From an uncultured delta proteobacterium (lineage in GTDB: Bacteria > Myxococcota > Myxococcia > Myxococcales > UBA5297): a stretch of DNA of 64,000 nt. How positions within the stretch are numbered: position 1 is the stretch's first letter; every line of letters starts with the position of its first letter. The stretch spans positions 2,138,872 to 2,202,871 of the forward strand of contig CAVYWD010000002.1 of NCBI GenBank assembly GCA_963772225.1, given 5' to 3'. Below are positions 19,102-28,276 of the stretch, in pieces. A program made the translations under genes and the position numbers. The notes beneath the pieces are model-generated. The model ran no database searches and was not told the origin of the DNA. It worked only from the letters and a program-made list of their open reading frames with translations.

Positions 19102-20118
19102 GTGAACTCCCAGCACCGGTTCGTCGTCCCTGCTGCTGTCCTGGCCCTCTCCGCCTGCGCCCACGGGCCGGCCCGCGCGCCGCCGTTCGGCCCCGGCGCC
19201 TGGGCGAGCGAGCTCGACCGTCAGAACCCGCTCGTCGGCAAAATCTGGAGCCCGCGCGAGGGCGCCTTCGCCCACCCCGCGGCCCTCGAGACTGCCCTGG
19301 CTCGAGCCGATGCGGTGGTGCTCGGCGAGACGCACGACAACGCCGATCATCACGCGCTGCAGGCCGCGCTCGTGCGCGCGCTCATCGCCTCGGGCCGGCG
19401 GCCTGCGGTGGCCTTCGAGATGTTGGACGTCGACCAGCAGGGCGCCGTCGACGGCGCGCTGGGCCAGCCCGGCGCCACCGCGGACGCTTTGGCCGCCGCC
19501 GTGGTCTGGCAGAAGAGCGGCTGGCCAGATTTCGCGTTGTACCGGCCCATCTTCACGGCCGCCCTGGAGGCGTCGCTGCCCATCGTCGCGGCGAACCTGA
19601 GCCGGCGCGAGGCGCAGCAGGTGGTCCGGAGCGGGCGAGAGGCGCTCGCGCCAAAGCTGCGCGAGCGGCTGGAGCGCGAAGGGCCTCTGCCGGAGCCCGC
19701 CCTGCGCGAGCTTCGAGAGGAGATGGCCGAGTCTCACTGCGGCATGCTGCCGGAAAAGCTTCTCGACCCGATGATCGAAGCGCAGCGCGCCCGCGACGCG
19801 CAGATGGCCGAGCGAATCGAACCGGGGGCGCCGGAGCGCGGGGTCGTGCTCATCACCGGGGCGGGGCACGCCCGCCGCGACCGCGGCGTGCCGGCGTTCC
19901 TGCTCCGCAGCTCGCCCTCGCTCAAGGTCGCGTCCGTGGCGTTTCTGGAGGTCGCGCCCGAGGCGCGCTCCCCCCAGGACTTCGCGGCAGAATTCGGGCC
20001 GGAGCTGCCCTTCGACTTCGTGGTCTTCACCCCAAGGGCCAAGCGCGAGGACCCGTGTGAAGGGTTGCGCTCCCACATGGAAAAGGCCCACAAGGCCGCG
20101 CCCAATCCCGCCTCGTGA
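19102..20118 (+). CDS. ChaN-family (haem-binding, DUF399) lipoprotein
   Basis: GTG start with lipobox LALSAC. VVLGETHDNADHH, AFEML, LITGAGHARRDRGVP are ChaN/Cofac_haem_bdg hallmarks. Confidence 0.7.
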   Translation: MNSQHRFVVPAAVLALSACAHGPARAPPFGPGAWASELDRQNPLVGKIWSPREGAFAHPAALETALARADAVVLGETHDNADHHALQAALVRALIASGRRPAVAFEMLDVDQQGAVDGALGQPGATADALAAAVVWQKSGWPDFALYRPIFTAALEASLPIVAANLSRREAQQVVRSGREALAPKLRERLEREGPLPEPALRELREEMAESHCGMLPEKLLDPMIEAQRARDAQMAERIEPGAPERGVVLITGAGHARRDRGVPAFLLRSSPSLKVASVAFLEVAPEARSPQDFAAEFGPELPFDFVVFTPRAKREDPCEGLRSHMEKAHKAAPNPAS

Positions 20119-21204
20119 ACGGAGCGACCTTGGTCGACACCCTCGCCTGCTTCTTTGGGGACCGCCGGGTGAAGCGCCTGGCGGCGCTCGCCTTCTTCGT
20201 CCTCGCGCTGTTCGCGCTGCGCCACCTGGCGACGCTGTTCGTCTTTTTCCTGGTCTTCCGGAGCCTCCTGGCCTTCGCCTCCGACCGGCTCGCAACCTGG
20301 ACCGGGGTCAGCCGAAAGGTCTGGGTGGGCGCGCTGGTGCTCGCGCTGCTGGGCGCCGCCGGCGGCATGGTCTGGGGCGAGGTGCACCGGCTGGTACCGG
20401 GGCTCGCCGATTCTCAGCGGGCGGGCGCGGGGCGAGTGGCAAGAGCGGGTGCAGGCGGTGCGCGACACCGACCTGTACCGGATGCTCGAGGCGCAGCAGG
20501 TCGACCCCGAGAAGTACGCTGAGAAGGTCCAGGGCTTCGCCGAGAACCTGGTCCACGGCGCGGCCGCCACGGGCCGAATAGCGCTGCACCTGTTGCTGGG
20601 GCTCATCCTGGCGGTGCTCGCCATCCTCGAGGAGAAGGAGCTCGAGGAGGCGCTCGGCTCGCTGTCGAAGGAGAGCTTCGCGGGCTACGCGCTCGCCTAC
20701 GCCTCATTCCTCTCGGAGGCGGTGGTGCTGACGGTGAAGGTGCAGGTGATCGTGGCGGCAGTGAACGCGGCGGTCACCTTGCCCGTGCTGCTCGTCCTCA
20801 AGCTGTCGCACGTCCCGGCCCTGATGCTCATGGTCTTTGCCTTCGGGCTGGTTCCGGTGGTGGGGAACTTCCTCTCTGGCGCGGTGCTCATCGCGCTCGC
20901 GTATCTGAAGAGGGGCTTGGTCGGGGTGGCGGTGTTTTCCGTCTCCACCTTCGTGCTGCACAAGGTCGAGTCCTACTACCTGAACCCCCGCCTCACGGCG
21001 AAGCACGTCAAGCTCCCGTCTATCGCCCTCATCGCCTCGCTCATCGTGTGGGAGCACGTGGCGGGGCTCGCCGGAGTGTTCCTCTCATTCCCGGCGCTCT
21101 ATGTGGCCATGAAGGTCCGCGACCTGTTCCGGGCGCGCGCCTCCGAAATCGTCGCCCCGGTTCCCGCCGAGGAGCCCGAGCGCGCCGCCCGCCTCCAGGG
21201 GTAA
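20115..21204 (+). CDS. AI-2E family (PerM/YhhT-like) transporter, frameshifted as assembled (~20400-20445)
   Basis: The N-terminal TM segments are in ORF 20115..20522 (GTGA overlap with the chaN-like stop). The rest is in ORF 20449..21204 (LVPVVGNFLSGAVLIALA, HKVESYYLNPRL, SLIVWEHVAGLAGVFLSFP). The upstream frame turns into Arg/Gly/Ala junk after GEVHRLVPGLA, while the other frame reads GEWQERVQAVRDTDLYRML. Confidence 0.7.
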
Positions 21205-21226
21205 GCCTGGCCGCTATCATGGGGCG

Positions 21227-21874
21227 ATGATCGACTCGCGGCGCGAATGGATCCTCTCCCAAACCGTCGCGGCGGCGCCGCCGCTCTGCCCCGAGCTCCG
21301 GCTGCGGCTCATCACCGACGATTGCCCCCTCTGGACCGCGGGGGCCGCGGACCTGGAACGGCTGGGCATGCCCGACCCTTTCTGGGCCTTCGCGTGGCCT
21401 GGCGGGCAGGCCCTGGCCCGGCACCTGCTCGACCACCCTGACCTCGCGCGCGGCCAGCGGGTGCTCGACCTGGGCTCGGGGAGCGCCCTGCAGTCCATCG
21501 CCGCGCTCAGGTCGGGCGCCGTTTCCGCGCTCGCCGCCGACATCGACCCGTTCGCGGCAGAGGCGGCAAAGCTCAACGCCCAGCTCAACGGCGTCGAGCT
21601 TGAGAGCACCTGCGACGACCTCCTCGGCGCGCCGCCCGGCGGCTTCGACTTGGTCCTCGCCGGCGACATGTTCTACGAGCCGGGCCTCGCCGCGCGGCTG
21701 TGGAGCGCGCTGACCTCGCTCGCGCGCGCCGGCGCGCGGGTCCTGGTGGGCGACCCCGGCCGCGGGATGCTGCCCACCTCGGGGCTGTCGATCGTCGCCG
21801 AGTACGAGACCTTGGCCGACGCCGAAGTCACCGGGCCCGCCTCGGGGCGCTCGCGCATCTTCGCCTTTACTTGA
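21227..21874 (+). CDS. class I SAM-dependent methyltransferase (Methyltransf_16 / lysine-MTase-like)
   Basis: 215-aa ORF. FAWPGGQALARHLL...RVLDLGSGSALQSIAA...VLAGDMFYE is the SAM-binding fold pattern. Confidence 0.7.
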   Translation: MIDSRREWILSQTVAAAPPLCPELRLRLITDDCPLWTAGAADLERLGMPDPFWAFAWPGGQALARHLLDHPDLARGQRVLDLGSGSALQSIAALRSGAVSALAADIDPFAAEAAKLNAQLNGVELESTCDDLLGAPPGGFDLVLAGDMFYEPGLAARLWSALTSLARAGARVLVGDPGRGMLPTSGLSIVAEYETLADAEVTGPASGRSRIFAFT

Positions 21875-22020
21875 AGCTCTGGGCGCACGCGCAAAGTGCG
21901 CGCGGGTTCACTCCTGCTGTAAGTTGTCGCTCTTTCCCGCGCAGGGCGAGGAGCGCTTCGGAGCGCGAACGATGGCTGGGCTCCCTTCACATCCCGTCGA
22001 TCTCCGGGTCCTCCGCGCCG

Positions 22021-22605
22021 ATGGGGATCGCGATCGACGACACAGTGGCGCAGGACGTGCGGCAGGCGCTGGACAAAGGCGACGAAGTCCGCGCGACGAT
22101 CTGCCTGCTCGACGCCTACGGGGCGGAGATCTTCGGCTTCCTGGCCGGAGTGCTCGACGACGTCGGCGAGGCTCGCCAAGTCTATGCGGCCCTCGGCGAG
22201 CGGGCGCGGGAACGGCTGGTGACGTTCGGCTGGCCCTGCGGGCTGCGCACCTGGATCTACGCGCTCGCCCACCTCGTCATCGGCGAGATGCACCAGAGCT
22301 CGGCGGCCCCCGACTTGGCGAGTCTCGAGCTCCCGCAGCGGGGCACCACTCGGGCGCCGCCGCGCTCTCGAAGCGACGCGCTCGCCGACCTGCGGTCGAG
22401 TTTGCCGTTGCACGACCGCGAGCTGCTCGTCCTCCGGGTCGATCGGCGAATGACGTGGGAGGAGCTCGCCCTGGTCTTCCTCGGAGAGGACGCCTCGGCC
22501 AAGGACCACGCCTTGGAGATCCTCCGGCTCCAGGCGCGCTATCGCCTGCTCAAGGATTGGCTCGCGCGCGAGGCTGCGGTGAGGGGGATCCTCAGCCGTG
22601 ACTGA
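22021..22605 (+). CDS. ECF-like sigma-70 family factor (kinase-linked, ECF43-like)
   Basis: Real part of ORF 21700..22605; ATG at 22021. The region 2-like segment is LRTWIYALAHLVIGE. The region 4-like segment is LLVLRVDRRMTWEELALVF. It is paralogous to 26422..27033, and its stop overlaps the kinase start by 8 nt. Confidence 0.65.
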   Translation: MGIAIDDTVAQDVRQALDKGDEVRATICLLDAYGAEIFGFLAGVLDDVGEARQVYAALGERARERLVTFGWPCGLRTWIYALAHLVIGEMHQSSAAPDLASLELPQRGTTRAPPRSRSDALADLRSSLPLHDRELLVLRVDRRMTWEELALVFLGEDASAKDHALEILRLQARYRLLKDWLAREAAVRGILSRD

Positions 22606-24637
22606 CGGGCTCGACCCCAAGGACCCGCTCCCGACCGGGTCCACCGGCTCCGCTCTCCCGAGCTCGAGCTCGAGCGACACGCCGCTCCAGGAGCTCTTGC
22701 GCGCCGTGGCGCACGCCCCGGCGCGGCGGGCGCCGCTGGAGGTCCCCGACGGCACGCGCTGGGGCTTGGCCGGGCGCTACCTGGTCAAGCGGCGGCTGGG
22801 CCGCGGCGGCATGGGCATCGTCTACGTGGCGCTCGACACGCTGCTCAACCGCGAGGTCGCCCTCAAGGTCTTGGACGCGGCCGGCCTCGGCGAGGCCGGC
22901 GAGACCCGCGAGTCGCGCAGCGGCGCCCGGCTCCTGCGGGAGGCCCGCATCGCCGCGGGGTTCGAGCACGAGCGAATAGCCCGGGTCTACGACGTGGGCG
23001 AGCACGACGGCTTGCCATTCGTCGCCATGGAGCTCGTGCGCGGCCCGACGCTGCGCCAGTGGATGGCGGGGCGCGAGGTGAGCCCGAAGGAGGCGGCCTG
23101 GGCGGCCGAGCAGATCGCCGAGGGGCTCTCGGCCCTGCACGCCCACGGCGTCGTGCATCGGGATTTGAAGCCCGAGAACGTGATGATCGCCGAGTCGGGA
23201 GGCGTGAAGCTGCTCGACTTCGGCCTCGCGCGCAGGGCCCTGGAGCCAGGGGATCCACTGGCTTCGCTCGGCGGCGCGCCCGGGGAGTCCCAGAGCCTCG
23301 CGGCGATGTCCGGTACGCCGGGCTACATGGCTCCCGAGCAATGCGAAGGGCACGCGCTGGACGCGCGCGTCGACGTGTTCGCGTTCGGCGTCATCCTTTA
23401 CGAGCTGGTCACCGGGCGACGCCTGTTCGCGGGCCGTACGCCGGCGGAGATCGTCGCGGCCACCGTCCAGGCCGCGCCGTCCTTGAAGGGCGAGAAGTGG
23501 GAGGCCGCGCCGCCGCACCTTCGCAGCGTCGCCGCGCGCGCGCTCGCCCGGAAACCCGAGGGCCGCTTCGTCGACGGCCAGGAGCTCCTCCAGGCAATCA
23601 AGGCGCCGCCGTCGAAAGCCATCCGCGCCCCCCGCGCGCTCCTCCTGGCCGGAGCCACGGCGGCGCTCGCGGCGGGGGCGGCAACCGGCTGGGTCCTGCT
23701 CTCGAGGAAGTTCCCGCCGAAGCTCCCGCCGCCTCAGCCGCTGGCGGGGATGAAGTGGATCGCCGGCGGCCGATTCAAGATGGGCAGCACGCCGGAGGAG
23801 ATCGCCGCGAGCTGCAAGCTGGTCGGCAATCGGTGCCGTTCGGAGACGACCGACCGCGAGCAGCCGGCGCACGATGTGACGGTCTCGCCCTTCTTCCTGG
23901 ACGAGCGCGAGGTGACGAACGGCGAGTTTGCTGACTGGCTCATGACCTCGGCTCCATATCCGACCGTCGACGAGGACCCGCAGATGCATCTGAAAGTCCT
24001 GGTGCGAGACAATGCCAAGACCCTCCTCGCGAACCTCTACACGGAGTCCAACAGCGCTGAGTTCAGCGGCATCTCATTTGACGGAAATAGATTCTCCGCG
24101 CGCCCGGGCTTCGAGCGGCGGCCCGCTGTGCAGGTCACCTGGGACGGCGCGCGAATGTACTGCGAAAGCCACGGCAAGCGCCTCCCTACGGAGGCCGAGT
24201 GGGAGCTGGCAGCGCGCGGAGTCGAGCGGCGGGTCTTTCCGTGGGGGTCTAGCGCGCCTGCATGCGAGGGCGTCATCTTCGCTCGCCAAGAAGACGGCGA
24301 CTGCGGCGCGTTCGGCCTGGGCGCCGTGGACGTTTCCGAGGGCGCGCAGGACGTAACCCCCGAGGGAACTCACGGCTTGGGCGGCAACGCTTCGGAGTGG
24401 GTATTCGACGCTTTCGAGCTCGCGTACTACGCCCCGTGCGGCGATTGCATCGACCCTCGCGTGGAAGCTACCCGAGCCGGGCCCGAAGAGCAGCGCGTCT
24501 ACCGGGGCGGGTCGTGGTCGGCGAGCACGCTTTCGAGGGCGACCGCGCGAGGCCACTGGACTAGAATCGACACCTCCAGCGGCATCGGCTTTCGATGTGC
24601 AGCAAATGACCCGCGAGTCGAAAGGAGCAGACGATGA
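22598..24637 (+). CDS. membrane Ser/Thr protein kinase with an extracytoplasmic FGE-sulfatase (SUMF1/EgtB/PvdO-type) domain
   Basis: Kinase motifs: GRGGMGIVY, ALKVL, HRDLKPENVMI, DFGLAR, GTPGYMAPEQ. TM helix: ALLLAGATAALAAGAATGWVLL. FGE-type domain: MKWIAGGRFKMGS...REQPAHDVTVSPFFLDEREVTNGEF...RLPTEAEWELAARG...RVYRGGSW...GFRCA. Confidence 0.85.
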   Translation: MTDGLDPKDPLPTGSTGSALPSSSSSDTPLQELLRAVAHAPARRAPLEVPDGTRWGLAGRYLVKRRLGRGGMGIVYVALDTLLNREVALKVLDAAGLGEAGETRESRSGARLLREARIAAGFEHERIARVYDVGEHDGLPFVAMELVRGPTLRQWMAGREVSPKEAAWAAEQIAEGLSALHAHGVVHRDLKPENVMIAESGGVKLLDFGLARRALEPGDPLASLGGAPGESQSLAAMSGTPGYMAPEQCEGHALDARVDVFAFGVILYELVTGRRLFAGRTPAEIVAATVQAAPSLKGEKWEAAPPHLRSVAARALARKPEGRFVDGQELLQAIKAPPSKAIRAPRALLLAGATAALAAGAATGWVLLSRKFPPKLPPPQPLAGMKWIAGGRFKMGSTPEEIAASCKLVGNRCRSETTDREQPAHDVTVSPFFLDEREVTNGEFADWLMTSAPYPTVDEDPQMHLKVLVRDNAKTLLANLYTESNSAEFSGISFDGNRFSARPGFERRPAVQVTWDGARMYCESHGKRLPTEAEWELAARGVERRVFPWGSSAPACEGVIFARQEDGDCGAFGLGAVDVSEGAQDVTPEGTHGLGGNASEWVFDAFELAYYAPCGDCIDPRVEATRAGPEEQRVYRGGSWSASTLSRATARGHWTRIDTSSGIGFRCAANDPRVERSRR

Positions 24638-25107
24638 ATACGGACCCCACAATGAACAAGAAGCAGGCGATGCCTGCGGCCAGCGCGCTTGCAGCCGGGG
24701 AGACGCTGACTCCGGAGCAGGTGACAGAGCTGAACCGACTGGCGACAATCAATGTCGATTCCGCCGCCCCGCTCGTCCAGAGCACGGACATCGCGTCTGG
24801 CAATTTGCGGCAGGGCGCCAGCATTCAGGCAACTCTCGGCGCTGCACACAACCCAACGTGGAGTCTGGCGGTGGCCATTCGCTACACAGATCAATTCTTT
24901 ATTGGCATGATCGCGATCTCGGCTGGCCATCCGCTCGTGATCACGACAACGACCGTCGTCGAACCCGGCCTGCTTCGAGTTCTTCTATTTGAAGGCGTTG
25001 CGCAATACAACCAGTGGAAACTGAATCCCATGCGCGGAGACACGCTGCTGGGCACGCCGCCGCAGCGCGTTCGGGACGGCGGCGGGATTGCGCCCGTAGC
25101 CGCCTAG
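24634..25107 (+). CDS. orphan small protein A (157 aa), paralog of 25565..26041
   Basis: ATG overlaps the kinase stop (ATGA) and follows AAAGGAG. The gene is lower in GC than its surroundings. About half its residues are identical to protein B over the last ~90 aa (AVAIRYTDQFFIGM, VITTTT, RVLLF, GTPP...GGG). No family is recognised. Confidence 0.65.
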   Translation: MNTDPTMNKKQAMPAASALAAGETLTPEQVTELNRLATINVDSAAPLVQSTDIASGNLRQGASIQATLGAAHNPTWSLAVAIRYTDQFFIGMIAISAGHPLVITTTTVVEPGLLRVLLFEGVAQYNQWKLNPMRGDTLLGTPPQRVRDGGGIAPVAA

Positions 25108-25455
25108 AACCCCGGGCGCTCCTCCAGCGATCTCGTCCGGTGATGATGGTCACCTTCACCTGAGGTTGACTACGCGGTCGACGGCTCCTTGGTAGCTCTC
25201 ACTCCCTTCGCCCGTCACGGCCGGCGACCGCTGGGGCTCACGTTCCCCTAACTCCCTGTGCCTCCGACGCCGCCCCGCGAATACTGCCGCGCGGACCGTC
25301 GCCGGGGCCGGAGAGAAAGTCGACGCCGATTCCCGCGACTCGTTCCATGATCCCCCGTCCCACCATAGGTGCGCACGCAGAAACCCCGGTGAGAACAGAC
25401 GTCCCGTGATAGCCACCGTGCAACGACCTATGTCGGTGGTCGCGCAACGCAACAC

Positions 25456-25485
25456 TTGCAAACAAACTCAGATTCAAAGAATATT
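25456..25485 (+). promoter_or_regulatory. sigma-70-like promoter candidate for small protein B
   Basis: TTGCAA (25456-25461), a 17-nt spacer, then GAATAT (25479-25484), in an AT-rich patch ~80 nt upstream of the ATG at 25565. Confidence 0.35.
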
Positions 25486-25538
25486 CGGTGCCGTAGGATT
25501 AACCACCAACCCGGAAGAAGTGCTTCATGAATCATGCT

Positions 25539-25567
25539 GTATGTAGGTATGTAGGTATGTAGGTATG
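25539..25567. repeat. tandem octanucleotide repeat (GTATGTAG x3 plus a partial unit) ending in the start codon
   Basis: ctGTATGTAGGTATGTAGGTATGTAGGTATGgcc. Each unit carries an ATG, and the last ATG (25565) opens the ORF. Confidence 0.9.
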
Positions 25568-26041
25568 GCCGTTTTGGCCTCAGCTCTCGCGCTCGCAGGA
25601 TGCGGCGGAAAGGAGGGCGTGAACATTCAAGACAGTCAGGCGCTCGCTGTAGGTCGGGCGGCGCTTGCAGCACCGACGACTGTAGTCCAGTCCGTCGGGT
25701 CGACGGTCTCGCATCAGGATGTCGTAGCGGGCGTGTTGCAGAAAGGGGCCAGCATCGACGTGATCCTCGATGCCACGCAGCTCCAGGCCACGAACCTCGC
25801 GGTCGCCGTTCGCTATACGGACCAGCTCTTTCTCGGGATGGCTGCCGTCTCGACCAATAGCCAACCGACCGTGATCACAACCACGACAGAAGTAGAGCTC
25901 GATTTGATGCGCGTTCTTCTGTTCAAGAGCGTGGCCGACTATTATCTTTGGTATTCGGGAGCAACTCGCGGCACAACCCCACTCGGCGTACCCCCCAGAC
26001 CCATCGGGGAAGGCGGCGGCAGCCCACCTTCGGTCATTTAG
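25565..26041 (+). CDS. orphan small lipoprotein B (158 aa), paralog of 24634..25107
   Basis: Lipobox MAVLASALALAGCGG. The C-terminal domain is homologous to protein A (AVAVRYTDQLFLGM, VITTTT, RVLLF, GVPP...GGG). Lower GC. Followed by a strong hairpin. Confidence 0.7.
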   Translation: MAVLASALALAGCGGKEGVNIQDSQALAVGRAALAAPTTVVQSVGSTVSHQDVVAGVLQKGASIDVILDATQLQATNLAVAVRYTDQLFLGMAAVSTNSQPTVITTTTEVELDLMRVLLFKSVADYYLWYSGATRGTTPLGVPPRPIGEGGGSPPSVI

Positions 26042-26057
26042 CGAGGTGTGCGAGCCC

Positions 26058-26089
26058 GAGCCCCTCGCCGCGCGGGCGGCGAGGGGCTC
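26058..26089 (+). terminator. GC-rich stem-loop (candidate intrinsic terminator without a U-tract)
   Basis: GAGCCCCTCGCC..GCGG..GGCGAGGGGCTC forms a perfect 12-14 bp stem 17 nt after the stop at 26041. Confidence 0.45.
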
Positions 26090-26421
26090 CGTGATAAGCT
26101 GAAGTGCCTTCACGCTTGCCCGCCTCCAGCCGCCGCTTCCTTTCTCAATCGCATCGGGCTCATTAACAACGGGATGCTGCCTGCATTGCGTGCTGCGGGC
26201 GCACGGTCACGTGCGGAAACACCTTATGGAGTTCCCGGCCCGACGGTAGGCACGCTCGTCACGGCGCCTTTTGCGCACAAACGATCGAATCTCAGCGCCG
26301 AATGATGATGCACGCATGAGCAGGGCCCTGGAACGTCACGCGCGAGCCCCAGAGACGCGCAGGCGTCGTGGCGAAAAGTCTCATCCGCTCCTCGCAAGGC
26401 AAACCCTACAGACGCGGGATG

Positions 26422-27033
26422 CTAGACCAACCCCTCGGCCTTCGCGCGCACCGCCAGCCGCTCCTTGATGAGCTGGAACCGCTTGCGCACCCGGGCGGCC
26501 TCGCGCTTCCGCTCTTCCTCGGTGCACTCGTCGGGGTCGTCCAGGAACGAGAGGGCGATCTCGTCCCAGGCGAGCCCTCGGTCGACGCGCAGGATAAGAA
26601 TGGCGCGGTCGTCCTCCGGCAGCTCTTCGCGCAGCTTGGCGACGGCGTCGCGGCGCTCGGCCCTGAGCGCGGAGCGCGAGCGCGTCGTCACGTGCGCGAC
26701 GACCTCCTCGAGAGCCGAGGCCGAGACCCGGCCCCGCTCATGGCGCTGGGCGCCGCGGCGATACCGGTCAATCTCGTGCCGGGCGATCACGTACATCCAG
26801 GTGCGTAGAGAGCAGCGCCATTGGAAGGACGAAAGCGACCGCCAGAGCCTTTCGCTCGTGGCGGCGAAGACCTCGTCGGCGTCCGCCTCGCTCCCCAGGA
26901 CCCGCACCAGGAAGCCCAGGACCTCGGGGCCCAAAGCGCGCAGCGCCTCGGTCGACGCTCCCAAGGCGTCCCCTCGCTCGAGGAGCGCCCGGATGCGGGC
27001 ATCGAGCGGGCTATCAGGGCTTTTCGACGTCAT
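26422..27033 (-). CDS. ECF-like sigma-70 family factor, paralog of 22021..22605
   Basis: ORF 26422..27093; ATG at 27033 gives MTSKSPDSPLDARIRALLERGD. LRTWMYVIARHEIDRYRR and ILILRVDRGLAWDEIALSF are parallel to the first sigma. Confidence 0.65.
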   Translation of the reverse strand: MTSKSPDSPLDARIRALLERGDALGASTEALRALGPEVLGFLVRVLGSEADADEVFAATSERLWRSLSSFQWRCSLRTWMYVIARHEIDRYRRGAQRHERGRVSASALEEVVAHVTTRSRSALRAERRDAVAKLREELPEDDRAILILRVDRGLAWDEIALSFLDDPDECTEEERKREAARVRKRFQLIKERLAVRAKAEGLV

Positions 27034-27103
27034 CGGGCCTCGGCCCGAGGGTTGTAGCGCGCGTGTCGAGGATTGGTCCAGCGCTGAAACCACCCTTCAC
27101 AGG

Positions 27104-28111
27104 ATGTGTGCGCAGGGTTCAAACGCTCAGGGAGGCGTTGCCTGGGCGACAGGCGGCACCGCGCCCAGCGAGGACACCGCTGTGAATCGCGCGCTCTTGG
27201 TGGGGATCGACGCCTATCCGACCCAACCGCTCGCCGGCTGCGCCGGGGACATCAACAATCTCGCCGCGCTGCTCCTCGACGAGCGGCACTTCGCCTTCGG
27301 GGAGATCCGGCTGCTCGCGGACAATCGCGCCACCCACCGCGCCATGGTCGACGGTCTTCGGTGGCTATTTGGGTGCGCTTCACCCGGCGACCGCCTCTAT
27401 TTCCACTTCAGCGGGCACGGCGCCCAGGTGCCATCGGGTCCCCATGGCGAGCTCTTCGAGGCGCTCTGCCCCTTCGACTTCGATTGGAGTCCGGAGAAGG
27501 CTCTCGCGCGTCGCGACCTCGCGGGCCTTTGGGCCGCCCTTCCAAACGGCGTGAGCCTCACCTGGACGCTGGACGCGAGCTTCGCCGGAGAGCTCGCGCC
27601 CGAAGCGGCCCGCGCCGTCGCTGCGCCCCGCGGCCGCACATTTCGGGCGCCGGATTCGCTGGCCCGCGAAATCGAGCGCCGCCGAGAGCTCAACGGCGGC
27701 GCGCGGCCGCTCCTGAGCCCGCGGATGGCGGAGCGCTCGCTCCTGCTCGCGGCCTGCTGGTCCGACGAGGTCGCCTCGGAGGTCTCGTTCGACGGACGCC
27801 CGCGCGGAGCCTTTTCAAGTGCCCTGGTTCGGACCTTGCGCCGCCCCGCGAGCGCGCGTTCGCCCGTGGGTGCGCTGCCTCGAGTGCTCAGCAGAGATCT
27901 CAGGCTCTTCCATCAACACGCCGTCGCCGACGGCCCGCGCTCGGCGATGGCTCGCCCGTTCTTGGACGCTGCCGCTCGCGACCCCATCCGGCCCAAGTCT
28001 CCGGGAAGCCTGGGCCGGTTCGACCTCGGGGGCCGCGAGCCTCCGCTGAACCTCCTGAGCCCCCCACCCGCTCGCCCCGAGCCCGGCGTGCGCGGGCCGT
28101 GCGCCTTCTGA
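27104..28111 (+). CDS. caspase-family (peptidase C14 fold) protein lacking the catalytic Cys
   Basis: Real part of ORF 26465..28111; ATG at 27104 (alternative GTG at 27182). RALLVGIDAY and the His box LYFHFSGHG are present. The expected D-x-C-x-S-G position reads LDASFAGE (27572-27589). Confidence 0.65.
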   Translation: MCAQGSNAQGGVAWATGGTAPSEDTAVNRALLVGIDAYPTQPLAGCAGDINNLAALLLDERHFAFGEIRLLADNRATHRAMVDGLRWLFGCASPGDRLYFHFSGHGAQVPSGPHGELFEALCPFDFDWSPEKALARRDLAGLWAALPNGVSLTWTLDASFAGELAPEAARAVAAPRGRTFRAPDSLAREIERRRELNGGARPLLSPRMAERSLLLAACWSDEVASEVSFDGRPRGAFSSALVRTLRRPASARSPVGALPRVLSRDLRLFHQHAVADGPRSAMARPFLDAAARDPIRPKSPGSLGRFDLGGREPPLNLLSPPPARPEPGVRGPCAF

Positions 28112-28226
28112 GCTGACGCCCCGGCTTGAAGCGCTCAGGCAGGGACACTCGCCTCTCTGCGCGCCCGACTTCCTGAGCCGCACTTTGCAAGACCCCGGAA
28201 GGGCGTCCCAAGCCATCTAGCCGGAA

Positions 28227-28254
28227 TTGACAAAAGAGAAATGTAGCTTACTCT
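28227..28254 (+). promoter_or_regulatory. sigma-70-like promoter candidate
   Basis: A perfect TTGACA (28227-28232), a 16-nt spacer, then TACTCT, in an AT-rich patch just upstream of GGAGG-ATG at 28277. Confidence 0.3.
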
Positions 28255-28276
28255 TTTGGAAACTATTCCTTGGAGG

